Source: Octopus vulgaris (taxonomy: Eukaryota). From it: 64,000 bases of DNA. Every line of letters begins with the position of its first letter. Position 1 is the first letter of the stretch. A model generated the notes under the pieces. That model was given only the letters and a program-made list of their open reading frames with translations, did no database searches and had not been told where the DNA came from. The position numbers and the translations under genes were made by a program. The stretch is from assembly GCA_951406725.2 (NCBI GenBank), contig OX597830.1, positions 30,566,001 through 30,630,000 of the forward strand, given 5' to 3'. Below are positions 1 to 12,738 of the stretch, piece by piece.

Positions 1-128
1 CAATACATAAAATTATATATTATATATATAATATATATTATATATATATTATATAATATATTTATACTATAAAATTGGATTTAATCCTAAATCTAATTTT
101 TCCCTGTAAGTTTGGATTTATTCCCTAA

Positions 129-231
<103 letters not shown>

Positions 232-260
232 TTAAGGTACCGCATTAGAGGAAATATATA

Positions 261-399
261 TGAAAGAAGGTTTGAAAATGCAATTTTAAAAGACGTTTAT
301 TCACTTGACCGGTTTCACTTTTGACAATCTGTTTCTAAAAAAGTGAAATCGGTCAAGTGAATGAACATCTCTTAAAATTGCATTTTCAAACCTTCTTTC

Positions 400-400
<1 letters not shown>
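261..400. repeat. fold-back inverted repeat (62-bp arms, 16-nt spacer), probable Penelope-like terminus
   Basis: TGAAAGAAGGTTTGAAAATGCAATTTTAA...CACTTTT is mirrored by AAAAGTG...TTAAAATTGCATTTTCAAACCTTCTTTCA. Flanked by (TA)n. Confidence 0.85.
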
Positions 401-434
<34 letters not shown>

Positions 435-621
435 TATATAAAATTTCAATAGTTTTTTTTTAGAAGTAGCCATATATATGGTTATTTTTAGAAGTAGCCA
501 TATATATATATATATATATATATGGCTACTTCTAATAAAACTAAGAAAATTTTGATAACCATTATCACAGCCTAACTCTATATCTATGGGGTAATTTAGA
601 CTCTACTGATTGTACCTCTAA

Positions 622-750
622 GTTTATCTTCATATTTATTACGGAATTATCCCTACGATAAATTAAATAAACAAAGAACATTTTTGTTAGGTTTGTCTTC
701 ATATTTCTTACGGAAATGTCCCTCCGATAAATTAAATCAAGAGCATTTTT
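622..750 (+). repeat. degenerate ~70-bp tandem duplication
   Basis: TCTTCATATTT-TTACGGAA--TCCCT-CGATAAATTAAAT occurs twice, at ~627 and ~696. Confidence 0.75.
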
Positions 751-1438
751 TATGAGTTAATTTAAACAATTTTTTTTATATCAATAACCTTAAATAAATA
801 GAAGAGTTCTTATATATTACCAATGTGATTACCATTTATATATTCTTTATATATTTCTAGATATTTAATGTATATACCTATATATTGTTGTTGCGTATTA
901 TTATAATAGCGAAAGATTGTCTTCGACCTAAACGAGTTTGGATTAATATTATTTGAAATATATAGAAATATATTTCAATAGTTGTAGATTCTACTACATT
1001 ATTTTGTCCGTTTTAATTTTGCTGCTTTTTAATTGTAAATACTACGTATTTGAAAAGTTAACGCTCACGTTCATAATACATAGGTATTTGAATTAATTTT
1101 TTTTTACAATCCAGCCGTTCTTTCACACGGAATTTCGTCTATCATTAAACCTTAGCTCTGATGAGACTCATATAAGTAAATTGAATTGTTTATATATCAA
1201 ATAGATGTATAGTCGATTGTTGGAATCTGAGGGTTTTTTTTAATGATTTTGTAATGTTAACATATATCATATTCATAGCATATTATGTTGTATTATAATA
1301 TAAATGAATTATTGGATTTTCAACTGTATCACCCTATTCAATTTATTGTTTATATATGCTTTCGGGGATAGAATGTTTGTTTACTTAGAGCAAATACGAA
1401 CTAATATAGTTCTTAAATTTGACAGCAACACGGAGACT

Positions 1439-1500
1439 AATTCGCTGGTGTAAAGGTAACACACTTAGTCGCGTGGATGTGGGTTCGAGTTACACTCGAA
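1439..1500 (+). pseudogene. tRNA-like head (tRNA pseudogene or SINE head)
   Basis: ATTCG...CGAAT acceptor-like ends, A-box-like TGGTGTAAAGG and B-box-like GGGTTCGAGT. The anticodon arm is truncated. Confidence 0.45.
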
Positions 1501-1626
1501 TACGAAACTTCTTTATTTCTGTCGAGGGCTTTTATGCCCCTTTATTAGACTATTTTCTTTAATCATTGCAGGGTGATCGCTTAAATAAAAATACTGTATA
1601 TATTTATATATGTAAACGAAGAAGAA

Positions 1627-1740
1627 GAAAATGGAGATTGAGAAGTTAATAAGAGTTTATTATCAACAACAAATCGAACATTATAATGTACGGTTTGTTG
1701 TTGATAATAAACCGTTATTAACTTCACAATCACCATTTTC
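1627..1740. repeat. near-perfect 114-bp palindrome
   Basis: GAAAATGGAGATTGAGAAGTTAATAA...centre TTATAA...TTATTAACTTCACAATCACCATTTTC. Confidence 0.9.
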
Positions 1741-1899
1741 TTTTACTTCTTGTATATGAAAAAAAAACTACAGGATTTTTATATACATACCTGTTGTTTT
1801 ATGGAAATCATTTCCCTGCAAAATATTAGATATTGAACCAGTATTTCCTTGGACGACACCATTCCTTCATGAGGCCAACATAACCTCTAATCGCATTTT

Positions 1900-2034
<135 letters not shown>

Positions 2035-2038
2035 ATAG

Positions 2039-2082
<44 letters not shown>

Positions 2083-2094
2083 TTTTATTTATTA

Positions 2095-2604
2095 TTCTAT
2101 TCTTTTACTTCTCTTAGTCATTTGACTATTTGACTGAGGCCATGCTGGGGTACCACCTTAAAGAGTTTCAGTCAAAGAAATAGATCGCATGACTTATTCT
2201 ATCAATCTCTTCTGCTGAACCGCTAACGAGAACGTAAATACTCAAACATCGGTTGTCAAGCGATGGTTGAGGGACAGACGCATACACAAAGGTACACACA
2301 TATAAATATATATATATACATACATATATATATCCATGCTTGACCGCTAAATCTACAAGTTTTTGGGGTTTTTAAAAATGTTTCTCTGTTTATTATCTCT
2401 TATTCCTTTCTGCTGAAGAGAGTAGGTCCGAAAGGTAAAAGACTTTCTCATTTTCCCGAGTGTCTAACAAATATACCCGCTTGTTGTTCATACGCCTGTC
2501 TTCGTCTTTTGTTTTCCTATAAATTTCCACTATGTATATAAAAATAGACGACTAGCTTCTTTCAGTTTCCATCTACCAAGTACACTCACAAGGTATTGGT
2601 CAGT
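2095..2604 (-). mobile_element. SINE family A, degenerate, interrupted by an insert at ~2335-2535 and truncated by the LINE
   Basis: Reverse complement of the A tail (GTCATTTGACT..GGCCATGCTGG, GGTTGTCAAGCGAT) and body (CTTCTTTCAGTTTCCATCTACCAA). Confidence 0.8.
2335..2535 (+). mobile_element. Penelope-like terminal fragment with degenerate hammerhead-like motif
   Basis: Sits in the internal (TA)n of the SINE. Contains CTTT-CTGCTGA-AGAGAGTAGGTCC-GAAA-GGTA-AAAG at 2406-2441. Confidence 0.45.
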
Positions 2605-3135
2605 ATCTAACTGTCTAACTAGAAAGGGTATGGCCTGGTCAGCCTGTAATGACATGCATAAGATCTGGTCATCAAATCTAAGTAGAGACTTCAAACTTGA
2701 AATCTTCAAAGCCACAGTCGAACCAATTCTACAATATGGCTCAGAAACCTGGACGTTATCAAAGAAGCTTGAGAGGCGGTTGGATGGAACCTACACTCAC
2801 CTCCTTATGAGGGCTCAAAATCTCTCGTGGAAGCGCCATCCAACCAAAATGCAAATATATGGGAAACTACCACCTGTCTCATCTCTTGTGAAAGGTAAGA
2901 GAGTCCAGTTTGCTGGACATTGTTGTAGAGCTGAAAAAGAGGTAATTTCTACTCTTCTCCTCTGGAAGCCATCTACTCGCAATACCAGAGGGCGCACACT
3001 CTCCTACCCTGATGTAATCTCCAGGGATACAGGCATCCAGCAACAGGACCTCCGTAATGCCATGATGGACCGTGAAGTCTGGCGTAGCATGGTAAATTCC
3101 ATTGTCTCGACCACGGTCGAACAATGATGATGATG
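2605..3135 (+). mobile_element. 5'-truncated RTE-type LINE (C-terminal RT thumb region, ORF 2630-3127)
   Basis: Protein motifs PILQYGSETWTL, LLMRAQNLSW, QFAGHCCR and AMMDREVWR are typical of the RTE ORF C-terminus. The ORF runs directly into a (TGA)n tail. Confidence 0.9.
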
Positions 3136-3183
3136 TCTGTCAGTCAGTCTGTCCATCATCCCAGCAGATAGATAGACAGATAA

Positions 3184-3239
<56 letters not shown>

Positions 3240-3454
3240 GTAGGTAGGTAGATAGATAGACAGACATGTGCATATAGGAATAGATATAAACATATACAAA
3301 CATACACGGATAGATATATAATGATATGCAAACTTACGAGTGTGTATATTTGCGTTTGTATGCGTACAGGATTTATGTCCACACACAAAGCATGCACACA
3401 TTCTTAGATCAAATGATATATATACATCCAATCATATACATATACATACACATG

Positions 3455-3488
<34 letters not shown>

Positions 3489-3622
3489 CAATATAAGGGT
3501 AGCAAAAAATTCAATAGAAATTTTTTCGCCACCAGCGGTCTAGTGAGAAAGAAAAAATAGTCAATAGACTATATAATGTACATTCAACAATAATATTAAG
3601 GAATGGCCTTAATAGGCCATTC

Positions 3623-3705
<83 letters not shown>

Positions 3706-4085
3706 CAGACATGTAGTTGCACTGAAGTAAAAGTTAAAAATCCACGGAGAATAACTTAAGATTTATCTGAATTTTAATATATGTGTGTTCGCTCATGTGT
3801 GTGGGAGTGGGTATGTGTGTATATACGCATTCACACGCATGCGCACATAAATATACACATAACCGGTATCACTTTAGCTGATTTTCAAAAGTGTACGTTG
3901 TGTTCAGCGGTGTTGTAAACTGGACTTTGTCCTAAAGATCACTTGTTTTTATATGGGAAGAATGTGCTCTGTTCGTAATCAGTTAGTGTACAGATCGACT
4001 GGCTGAGAATGGTTACACACACACACACACATTCAGCCAGGTTGCTGCGGTCATGCCGGAGCACCACCGTATATGTATGTGTGTG

Positions 4086-4118
<33 letters not shown>

Positions 4119-4151
4119 CCATATACATATATCCATATATATATATCCACA

Positions 4152-4201
<50 letters not shown>

Positions 4202-4523
4202 TATATCCATATATTTATATATAGATATATGTATATATATATACACACATATATCCATATATTTATATATATGTATATATATACATGCATATATACATAT
4301 ATACACATTCATATACTTATATATACAAATGTATACATACCTACATAAATACACGCACACACACATATACATATACATATTTATTTATATGTGGACAGAT
4401 ATATATCCACACACTTGTATATACCCACATATATACCCAGATCTATACGTGCACACACACAAGCAGCAACATCAGTAGCGGTAGCAGCAACAGCAGCAGC
4501 AGTTTTAGTAGTAGTAGTAGTAT

Positions 4524-4575
<52 letters not shown>

Positions 4576-4804
4576 TGATCATGAGAGCTACTTATCTAAA
4601 AAGTCGTGTCAGTCTGGTTAATATGAAATGACCGTTTCCACAGAAGGAAAGCTGATTTATGCTAAAACAATAATATTCGCTATCTTCAAAAGAATGATCC
4701 AGTTTTGGGGCGTATAAAGGTCAACGGAGCTAAATTCATTACGTCTTCTTCCCCCTTCAGATCCTGACATGAGCTGAAATAACACAAGACAAACTATTAC
4801 TACG

Positions 4805-4836
<32 letters not shown>

Positions 4837-5707
4837 ACACACACACACAAACACACACGCACAAACACACACACACATATACCCACACACGCTCTCTCAG
4901 AAAGAAACGAGCGCAGACACACACCCATTACATAGATACATAAATAGATGTATGTATATGTATGCATATATGTATATGTGTGTGTATGTATATATGTGTT
5001 TATGTATATACACATATGTATACATATATACATTCGTATATTGTCCAATGTATCTCTATTTAAGGCACCAATGTATGATTTTAGAGACATCTGGCTGTTA
5101 ATTCCAGCAGGCAATTCGACCGCATAGGAGCTACACCGCTCACCCGTACACGCTGAGTTTTCAAAATACGTAATTTTTTTAGATTTGATAAGTTTGGGTT
5201 CGTGTCCCACGAATAGCCTTCGACTTTTTCTATTGAAAGAATTTTTAACCCAATATTTTTATAGCATTATTTGCTTCGAGATTCACCTTACCTATAAACA
5301 AATTACAGAACATGTGAAACAATCAACATCTCAACGTCTACTTGGGCATTTAACCTGGTAGAAATAGTAGCTAAATCTTCTCCGAATCCACCGATATTTC
5401 TTTTTAAAAAATGGGAAAAATTTAATAATGTAATCCAAGGCATACTTCATACTTTGACCTGGGGCTAAACAACAATAGTTCCATGAATTCAGCAGTTGAG
5501 ATGTTCGACTCCAATCAAAGTTAATTGGTGCCAGTCAACGAAGAGAGGCCTCAATTTTCCCAGAGAATAACAAGTAAACCGAACTATATAGAAAGGTTAA
5601 ACATCAACTGCTACTTCTGCTTCATCTTCTTGTTTTTGTAGTTAATTTTGTTAATTACTGGCAATTCTAAACGTGACAATACTTAATAATTAAATAAATA
5701 AATACAT

Positions 5708-5925
5708 AGGCGGAGAGGTGGCTGAATGGTTAGCTCGCCGAGAAAAATGCTTAACAGCATTTCGTCCATCATTACGTTCGGGGTTCCAAAGCCGCGGCAG
5801 TCGGCTTTACCTTTCAGCGTTTCGGAATCGATAAAACAAGTACCAGTTGAGCACTGGGATTAATATAATCGAATCAGCTCCTACTCCGAAATTGCTGGCC
5901 TCGTGCCAAAATTTGAAACCAAAAT
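5708..5925 (+). mobile_element. SINE family B, diverged (short-tail variant)
   Basis: GGCGG...AAATGCTTAACAGCATTTCGTCC...GGCTTTACCTTTCAGCGTTTCGGAATCGATAAAACAAGTACCAG...GGCCTCGTGCCAAAATTTGAAACC. Confidence 0.8.
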
Positions 5926-6303
5926 ATATTTCTAATCTAATAATGCATAGAGATGTTTACTCGATACCATCGACTTGACTGGTACTTCATTTTATCGATC
6001 ACTGAAGGATGAAGAGCAGAGTTCATCTTGGCAGGATTTGAACCGGTGTCTCGTTCGAAAGGGTTTCGGAAAAGATTATTCAGATTCGGGGGAGATAAAT
6101 TATACTTAATAGTTTAAGAAGTGCAATCAATTTAGCGATTAAATGCTAAATAGTGGTTTTTTTTTCTATTATTCCTTTCCTTTTTTTTTCTCTTTTTTCT
6201 TTCGACTTCGTCTTAACATGATTCCCTTTTACGAAAAGCAAGTTTAACAATAGAAGGCATATCATACAACCACCTCTCTCTCTCTCTCTCTTTCTCTCTC
6301 TCC

Positions 6304-6353
<50 letters not shown>

Positions 6354-6450
6354 GTATTTATATATATATATATATATATATATACTAATACTATATTTGT
6401 TCCACGTCCTCGCGTTGTTGTGTTTTCTCTTTGTGTTTTCATGTTTGGAT

Positions 6451-6565
<115 letters not shown>

Positions 6566-7092
6566 ATGCACGTATGTATGTATGTATCATGTATGTATAT
6601 TCACTCTTGACTGTCTCTTTATCTCAGTCTAGATTTATATTCTTTTATCCTCGGAACAAGGAGATAAGCTGCTATGATTCCTTCTATAAACAACGTTATT
6701 ATACTAAAACAATATCTTCGTATTAACCCTCTCCCTTCCATTTCTCTTACTATTACTCAGGTGTGCAGCTTTAACGCAACTCCAGAGAAACGTTACGAAA
6801 TTGAGAATACAGATTTTAGTTAGTTTATGTATTCCTTTATTTGCTTATTCGTTTGTTTGTTTTGACGTTAATTCACCATTAATGTGCTAGGATCAATGAA
6901 AGTGAACGATGCAGCGATACCGCTTTCAGTTAGGTTCTTGTTTGTTTAAGTTGGTTAAGTTAGCGCGAAATGTTATTTCTGTTCTTCGCCTTCATTTTCT
7001 TGTTGTTGATCTTTAGCTCCAGATCGAACAGTTCTATATTAGAAAGCGTTCCAGCTGTGACCATCCTACATATTTTTACTATTATTATTATT

Positions 7093-7634
7093 GACTGAGA
7101 GAAGTGCATGCCATCAAAGTGACACTGGGGTAAAATATACGAAGCCCAGTATACCCATCATGACTACCCGTCTGATAAGGATACACCAGGCACATGCATC
7201 ACAACCGTATATGCGCGACATGGTGATCTCATATCAAGATAAACAGCGCATGACTTTGCAATTAGGGCCCAGTTAGAATTTTCTTCTGGTCGAGTAGCCC
7301 ATCCGTTCAAAAGGTCCCTGATTAAAGATTGTTTAAGGATGTTGGACGAACCACCCATGTTTCCAAAGGTGAATTATCCAAACTTCTATGAATTCCTTTC
7401 AACACACAGCTATGATGCTCCCCACTACTTCTGCTCGTGATTAGAGGTGCACATATTGTCAGCCACTAAGGGACATGGTTAACTGGTTAAGGTCAAACAA
7501 CTGACAAGCAAATCTGTGGTATTGAGCAGAATATTTGGTGTAGCCCATCTTTTATACCAAGACAAAACAACGTACATGATAACACTTCCAATCAGTTAAG
7601 ATCAGAAGCCATGAGAACCACTGCCTGGTACTGA
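7093..7634 (-). mobile_element. ~540-bp non-coding element inserted in an (ATT)n/(TAA)n tract
   Basis: Complex sequence bounded sharply by (ATT)n on both sides (7077-7092, 7635-7700), with no meaningful ORF. The strand is inferred. Confidence 0.55.
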
Positions 7635-7702
<68 letters not shown>

Positions 7703-7744
7703 AGTATACTTTATATATGGCTACATCATTTCATGCGTCCTAAA

Positions 7745-7925
7745 GCAACGAGCTGGTAAAATGCTAAGCGGCATTTCGTCCGTCTTTACGTTCTGAGTTC
7801 AAATTCCGCTAAGGTCTATACTTTCAGGGTGAATAAGATAAGTACCCGTCAAATACTGGGATCAATGTAATCAACTTCCTCCGCCCTTCAAAAGCTACGG
7901 ACCCTGTACTAAAATTTTAGACCAT
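7745..7925 (+). mobile_element. SINE family B, diverged
   Basis: GAGCTGG...GCGGCATTTCGTCCGTCTTTACGTTCTGAGTTCAAATTCCGC. Confidence 0.75.
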
Positions 7926-8114
7926 TATTTAATGCGTGGTGGGAAAATTTTAGACCATTATTTAATGAGTGGTGGGAAAATAGAATCGTTAGATTATCGA
8001 TAATAAACCTTCATGAATTTCATCCGACTCTTTTCAGTTTGAGGTCGAATCCCACTAGGGTCAACAAAATAAAGTACCAAAGATCGTTGTATGAAATACC
8101 ATACGGTATTTGTG

Positions 8115-8290
8115 AAGGCACATGACCTAGCGTTTGAGGGTATTGCACTCACGATCGCGAGATCGTAGTTTCGTTTCCGAGGCTGGGTTGTGCGTTATGT
8201 TCTTGAGGAGAGGACACATTTCTCGCTGCCCTACGACCACTTTGTCATCTGGCGCGTCAATGTTATGCAGCGAGTGAGCTAATGTACAGC
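8115..8290 (+). mobile_element. SINE family D head, diverged
   Basis: GGCACATG...GGGTATTGCACTCACGATCG...GTTCTTGAGGAGAGGACACATT resembles 62330-62430. Confidence 0.55.
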
Positions 8291-8339
8291 ACAAATATTT
8301 GTTCCCTATACGCAAATTTTTTCTGTTTATTTGGCAAGA

Positions 8340-8480
8340 TATGTATGTATGTGTGTATGTATGTATGTATGTATGTATGTATGTATGTATGTATGTATGT
8401 ATGTATGTATGTATGTATGTATGTATGTATGTATGTATGTATGTATGTATGTATGTATGTATGTATGTATGTATGTATCT
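8340..8480 (+). repeat. (TATG)n microsatellite
   Basis: About 33 units read directly. Confidence 0.95.
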
Positions 8481-8701
8481 ATGTGTGTATGTGTGAATAT
8501 ATGTATATGTAAAGCCAGTGAACAGCTTTTGACCATACCGGTTTGACTTTGAATCTCATTAACAATTCAAAATAATGACTTTTATTCCTCTTAATTCTAC
8601 CTCAGTTCATCTAATTGTATACATTTATAGTTACTTTTCATAAAAAAGCCCTTATTTTTTTATATATCCAATGTGCATCTTCTTTTTTCTTCTTACTTTC
8701 C

Positions 8702-8750
<49 letters not shown>

Positions 8751-8752
<2 letters not shown>

Positions 8753-8912
8753 TGCAGACGTGACTGTGCGCTAAGAAGATTACTTCCCAACCACATGGTT
8801 CCGAGTTCGGTCGTACTGCATGGCACCTTGGGCAAGTGTCTTCTACTATAGCCTCAGGCTGACCAAAACCTTGTGAGTGGATTTGGTAGACGGAAACTAA
8901 AAGAATCCCGCC

Positions 8913-8958
<46 letters not shown>

Positions 8959-9213
8959 ATATAATATAATATAATATAATAAAATATAACATATACGTAT
9001 ATATTTGTGTATCTGTGTTTGTCACCACCACCATCGCTTGACAACCGATGTTGGTGTGTTTATGTCCCCGTAACTTCGTCGATCAACAAAAGAGAGCGAT
9101 AGGATAAGTACAAGGCTTACAAGGAATAAGTCCTGGGATTGTTTTGTCCGACTAAAAGGCGTTGTTCTAGCATGGCCGCAGTCAAATGACTGAAACAAAT
9201 AAAAGAGGAAAAG
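8751..9213 (+). mobile_element. SINE family A, full length
   Basis: tRNA-like head (GGTTCCGAGTTCGGTC), CACCTTGGGCAAGTGTC core, internal (TA)n and tail GGCCGCAGTCAAATGACTGAAAC. Confidence 0.9.
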
Positions 9214-9462
9214 TATAAAGGAATCATATATATATATAGAGAGAGACAGAGAGAGGGAGAGAGAGAGACAGAGAGAGGGAGAGAGAGAGACAGAGAGAGG
9301 GAGAGAGAGAGGGAGAGAGAGAGAGAGAAGTATGTTGGTGCAAACAGGAAAAAAAAAGAACTCAAAATATGAGTATATATATATTTTTAATATTCAGCAA
9401 AAGCAACAGTGACTTCAGAGCACACGAAACTATCGGACTTTAAGTCACTCTGCTACTTCTGC

Positions 9463-9577
<115 letters not shown>

Positions 9578-9603
9578 ATTATATATTTATGTATATATAT
9601 ATT

Positions 9604-9656
<53 letters not shown>

Positions 9657-9979
9657 TTTTTTCTGCTTAACTGTATACTGACTTGCCATCTAATATTTTA
9701 GAATTTGTCATCCGTAAGCCTAAGAAAAAGATTAACTCACACGGGATAATCTCGGTGGGATGAGCAATGAGAAGCTAAACAATAGAATGCATATAACTTT
9801 ACACCCATTTTGTTGATTATTTCGTATATACGAGTACCTATATGTATTATGTATTTACGCATGGAGATGCAAACCTACACGTGTATTTGATAAATGCAAA
9901 ATGTTTATCCATCATTTTATCTCCACAGATATGCACAATCTATCTATCTATCTATCTATCCATCTATATATATGTATAC

Positions 9980-10046
<67 letters not shown>

Positions 10047-10239
10047 AACGCACACTTCCACACATACATTCACATATATATACATACATATATAAGGCAT
10101 TGTACTTATGGGAGACAAATCGCCAATTCAATAAGAAAAATGTCTGACTTTTTTCCCGCCTTCTTACGTTCCTTTGGCGCTCACCATCTTCCTTATTTCC
10201 CATCTAAGTCTTTCTACGTGTTTCACTTTCATTTACTCA

Positions 10240-10374
10240 TCCTTTCTTTCTTTCTTTTTTTCTTTCTTTCTTTCTTTCTCTTTCTCGTTTACGTGAGGCA
10301 TGTTCCTCTCGTGACTTTGTTCCCACCTATTCTCTCACAGTAACCCAACAGATCTAATAAGATGGTTTTCTCTT

Positions 10375-10425
<51 letters not shown>

Positions 10426-10700
10426 ACCTCTATCTCTATCTTTCTCTCTCCCTCTCTCGCTCTCTCTTTCAATTTCTCTCTCTCTCCCTCTTTCAATCTC
10501 TATCTCTCACTCTCTCTTTCATTCTCTCTCTTTCATTCTCTCTCTTTCATTCTCTCTCTCTCTTCCACTTGCTCTCTCTGTCTCTCTCTTTCACTCTCTC
10601 TCCCCCTCCTCCCACGCCGCCTTTCTCCTCATATTCATATTCTCCCTCTCCCTCTCCGCCTCTCCTTCTTATTTACGTTCTACTCTTTCTCTCCCAGTCT
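10240..10700 (+). repeat. CT-rich low-complexity tract
   Basis: (CTTT)n and (CT)n runs. Confidence 0.9.
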
Positions 10701-10982
10701 TCAATTTACATCATTACTCTGCTTAATTCCAGCTTCCATTGTATTATTCAAATATTTCGCCAGCCTCTCCCAAATGCAACACATAATACATAACTCATTG
10801 TACACAACCTACAAGGCATAGTAATTAGTTCATATAACACGCTACACAACAAACAATACACGCTACTCTATATATACAAACATTTACACAATACACGGCA
10901 CACATTACACAATAAACCATACATACGACACTGCACACATTTCACATTATACTGCACACAATACACACTACGCGATTTGGCT

Positions 10983-11308
10983 GGGTACTCCGATGGTTAC
11001 GACGAAGATCCAATTGATTCGATCAACCGAACAGCGTGGTCCTCAAATTAACGTGCAACTGGTTGAGTGCTCCACGGATGAGTGCATCTTTAACGTAGTT
11101 CTCATGGAGAATCAGCATGACATACCGAATGTGACAAAGCTGGCTCCTTTTGAATTACAGGTATATAACTCATTTTGACCAGCTGAGTGGACTGGATTAA
11201 CGTGAAATAAAGTGTCTTGCTCAAGAACACAATACACCACCGGAAATCGAACTCACAACTTTACGATTGTGAGTTGAACACACTAACCACTAAGCCATGC
11301 GCATTCAC
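10983..11308 (-). mobile_element. SINE family D (C-type tail) inserted into the ACACAAT satellite
   Basis: GTGAAATAAAGTGTCTTGCTCAAG, GAAATCGAACTCAC and CTAACCACTAAGCCATGCGC head on the minus strand. The tail is shared with family C. Confidence 0.85.
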
Positions 11309-11309
11309 A

Positions 11310-12340
11310 TACTATACAATACATACAACACATTTTATGATGTACAGTACATAGGACACAAAACACATTATTCAGCGCAGAATGCTATCACACTGCACAC
11401 AACACACAAAACATAAAGCAACACAAAATACACACATCACACTATACATAATACACAGTTCGCAATATGCAATACACACAGAATACAGTACAAAATAGAC
11501 AGTGCACAATACCTAATACACAGCATACGGTACGCAACATACAACACACGATACACAACACAAAATACAACACACTAGACAGCTCACAACACACAATACC
11601 AGTACACAGCGCACAATACACAGTACAAATTACATAACAACAATACACGGTACACAGCACACACCACACAGTACATAAAACACAATAAACTGTACATAAA
11701 ACATAGCAAACGTACAATGCACTATACACAATACATACCACACAACACACAATACATAGTACACAATACACAGTACACAATACATACCAAACAACACACA
11801 ATACACAGTACACAATAGATACCAAAACAACACACAATGCACAGTACACAATACATACTACACAACACACAATACACAGTACACAATACATACCACACAA
11901 CACACAATACACAGTACACAATACATACTACACAACACACAATACACAGTACACAATACATACCACACAACACACAATACACAGTACACAATACATACCA
12001 CACAACACACAATACACAGTACACAATACATACCACACAACACACAATACACAGTACACAAACTATGCACAGTACATAGCAAACATTGAATGAACAATAC
12101 ACAAAACACGGAACACAACATACAATACACAGCATACAATAAACAAAACATAATACACAATATTTACTGCAATACAAACGGTATACAACAGAGAAATACA
12201 TAGTACACAACACAGAGTGAACAATACACACATTTCACAACACACAGTATACGATACAATGTACATAATACAAACAAGAGCAGTACATAAAGTACAGTAC
12301 TCAAACATAGACTATATGCATGTACATCAACACAATACAC
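11310..12340 (+). repeat. ACACAAT-based minisatellite with a 35-bp higher-order core (11726-12060)
   Basis: Unit ACACAAT-ACATACC-ACACAAC-ACACAAT-ACACAGT starts at 11846, 11881, 11916, 11951, 11986 and 12021. Confidence 0.9.
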
Positions 12341-12484
12341 AGTGTTGCACCAGTTTCCCTTAAGTCTGCGGAATTGCGAGAATTATTACTAAAGATTCTT
12401 CACTCTTTTACAGCAATGGTGTTAGCGATTTCATCGTCTCCTCTCAACACTGAAACTGGATTATCGGGTAGAAATATAATTTGT

Positions 12485-12558
<74 letters not shown>

Positions 12559-12696
12559 TGTGATTGGAAATATACGCAGCTCTATGATAAGGTATGTGTA
12601 CCTATGTATGTATATATAGTGTACATATATACATTTATACATGTACATATATATTTGTATATACATATGATTTCATACATATATATGCGTGCGTTT

Positions 12697-12738
<42 letters not shown>

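Noticed and set aside
7911-7980. 33-bp tandem duplication
   Set aside because: Ordinary slippage or TSD-like duplication at a SINE end.
11726-12060. 35-bp repeat resembling a CRISPR array or Cys-rich protein
   Set aside because: The units are contiguous with no unique spacers and no cas genes. It is a heptamer-derived minisatellite.
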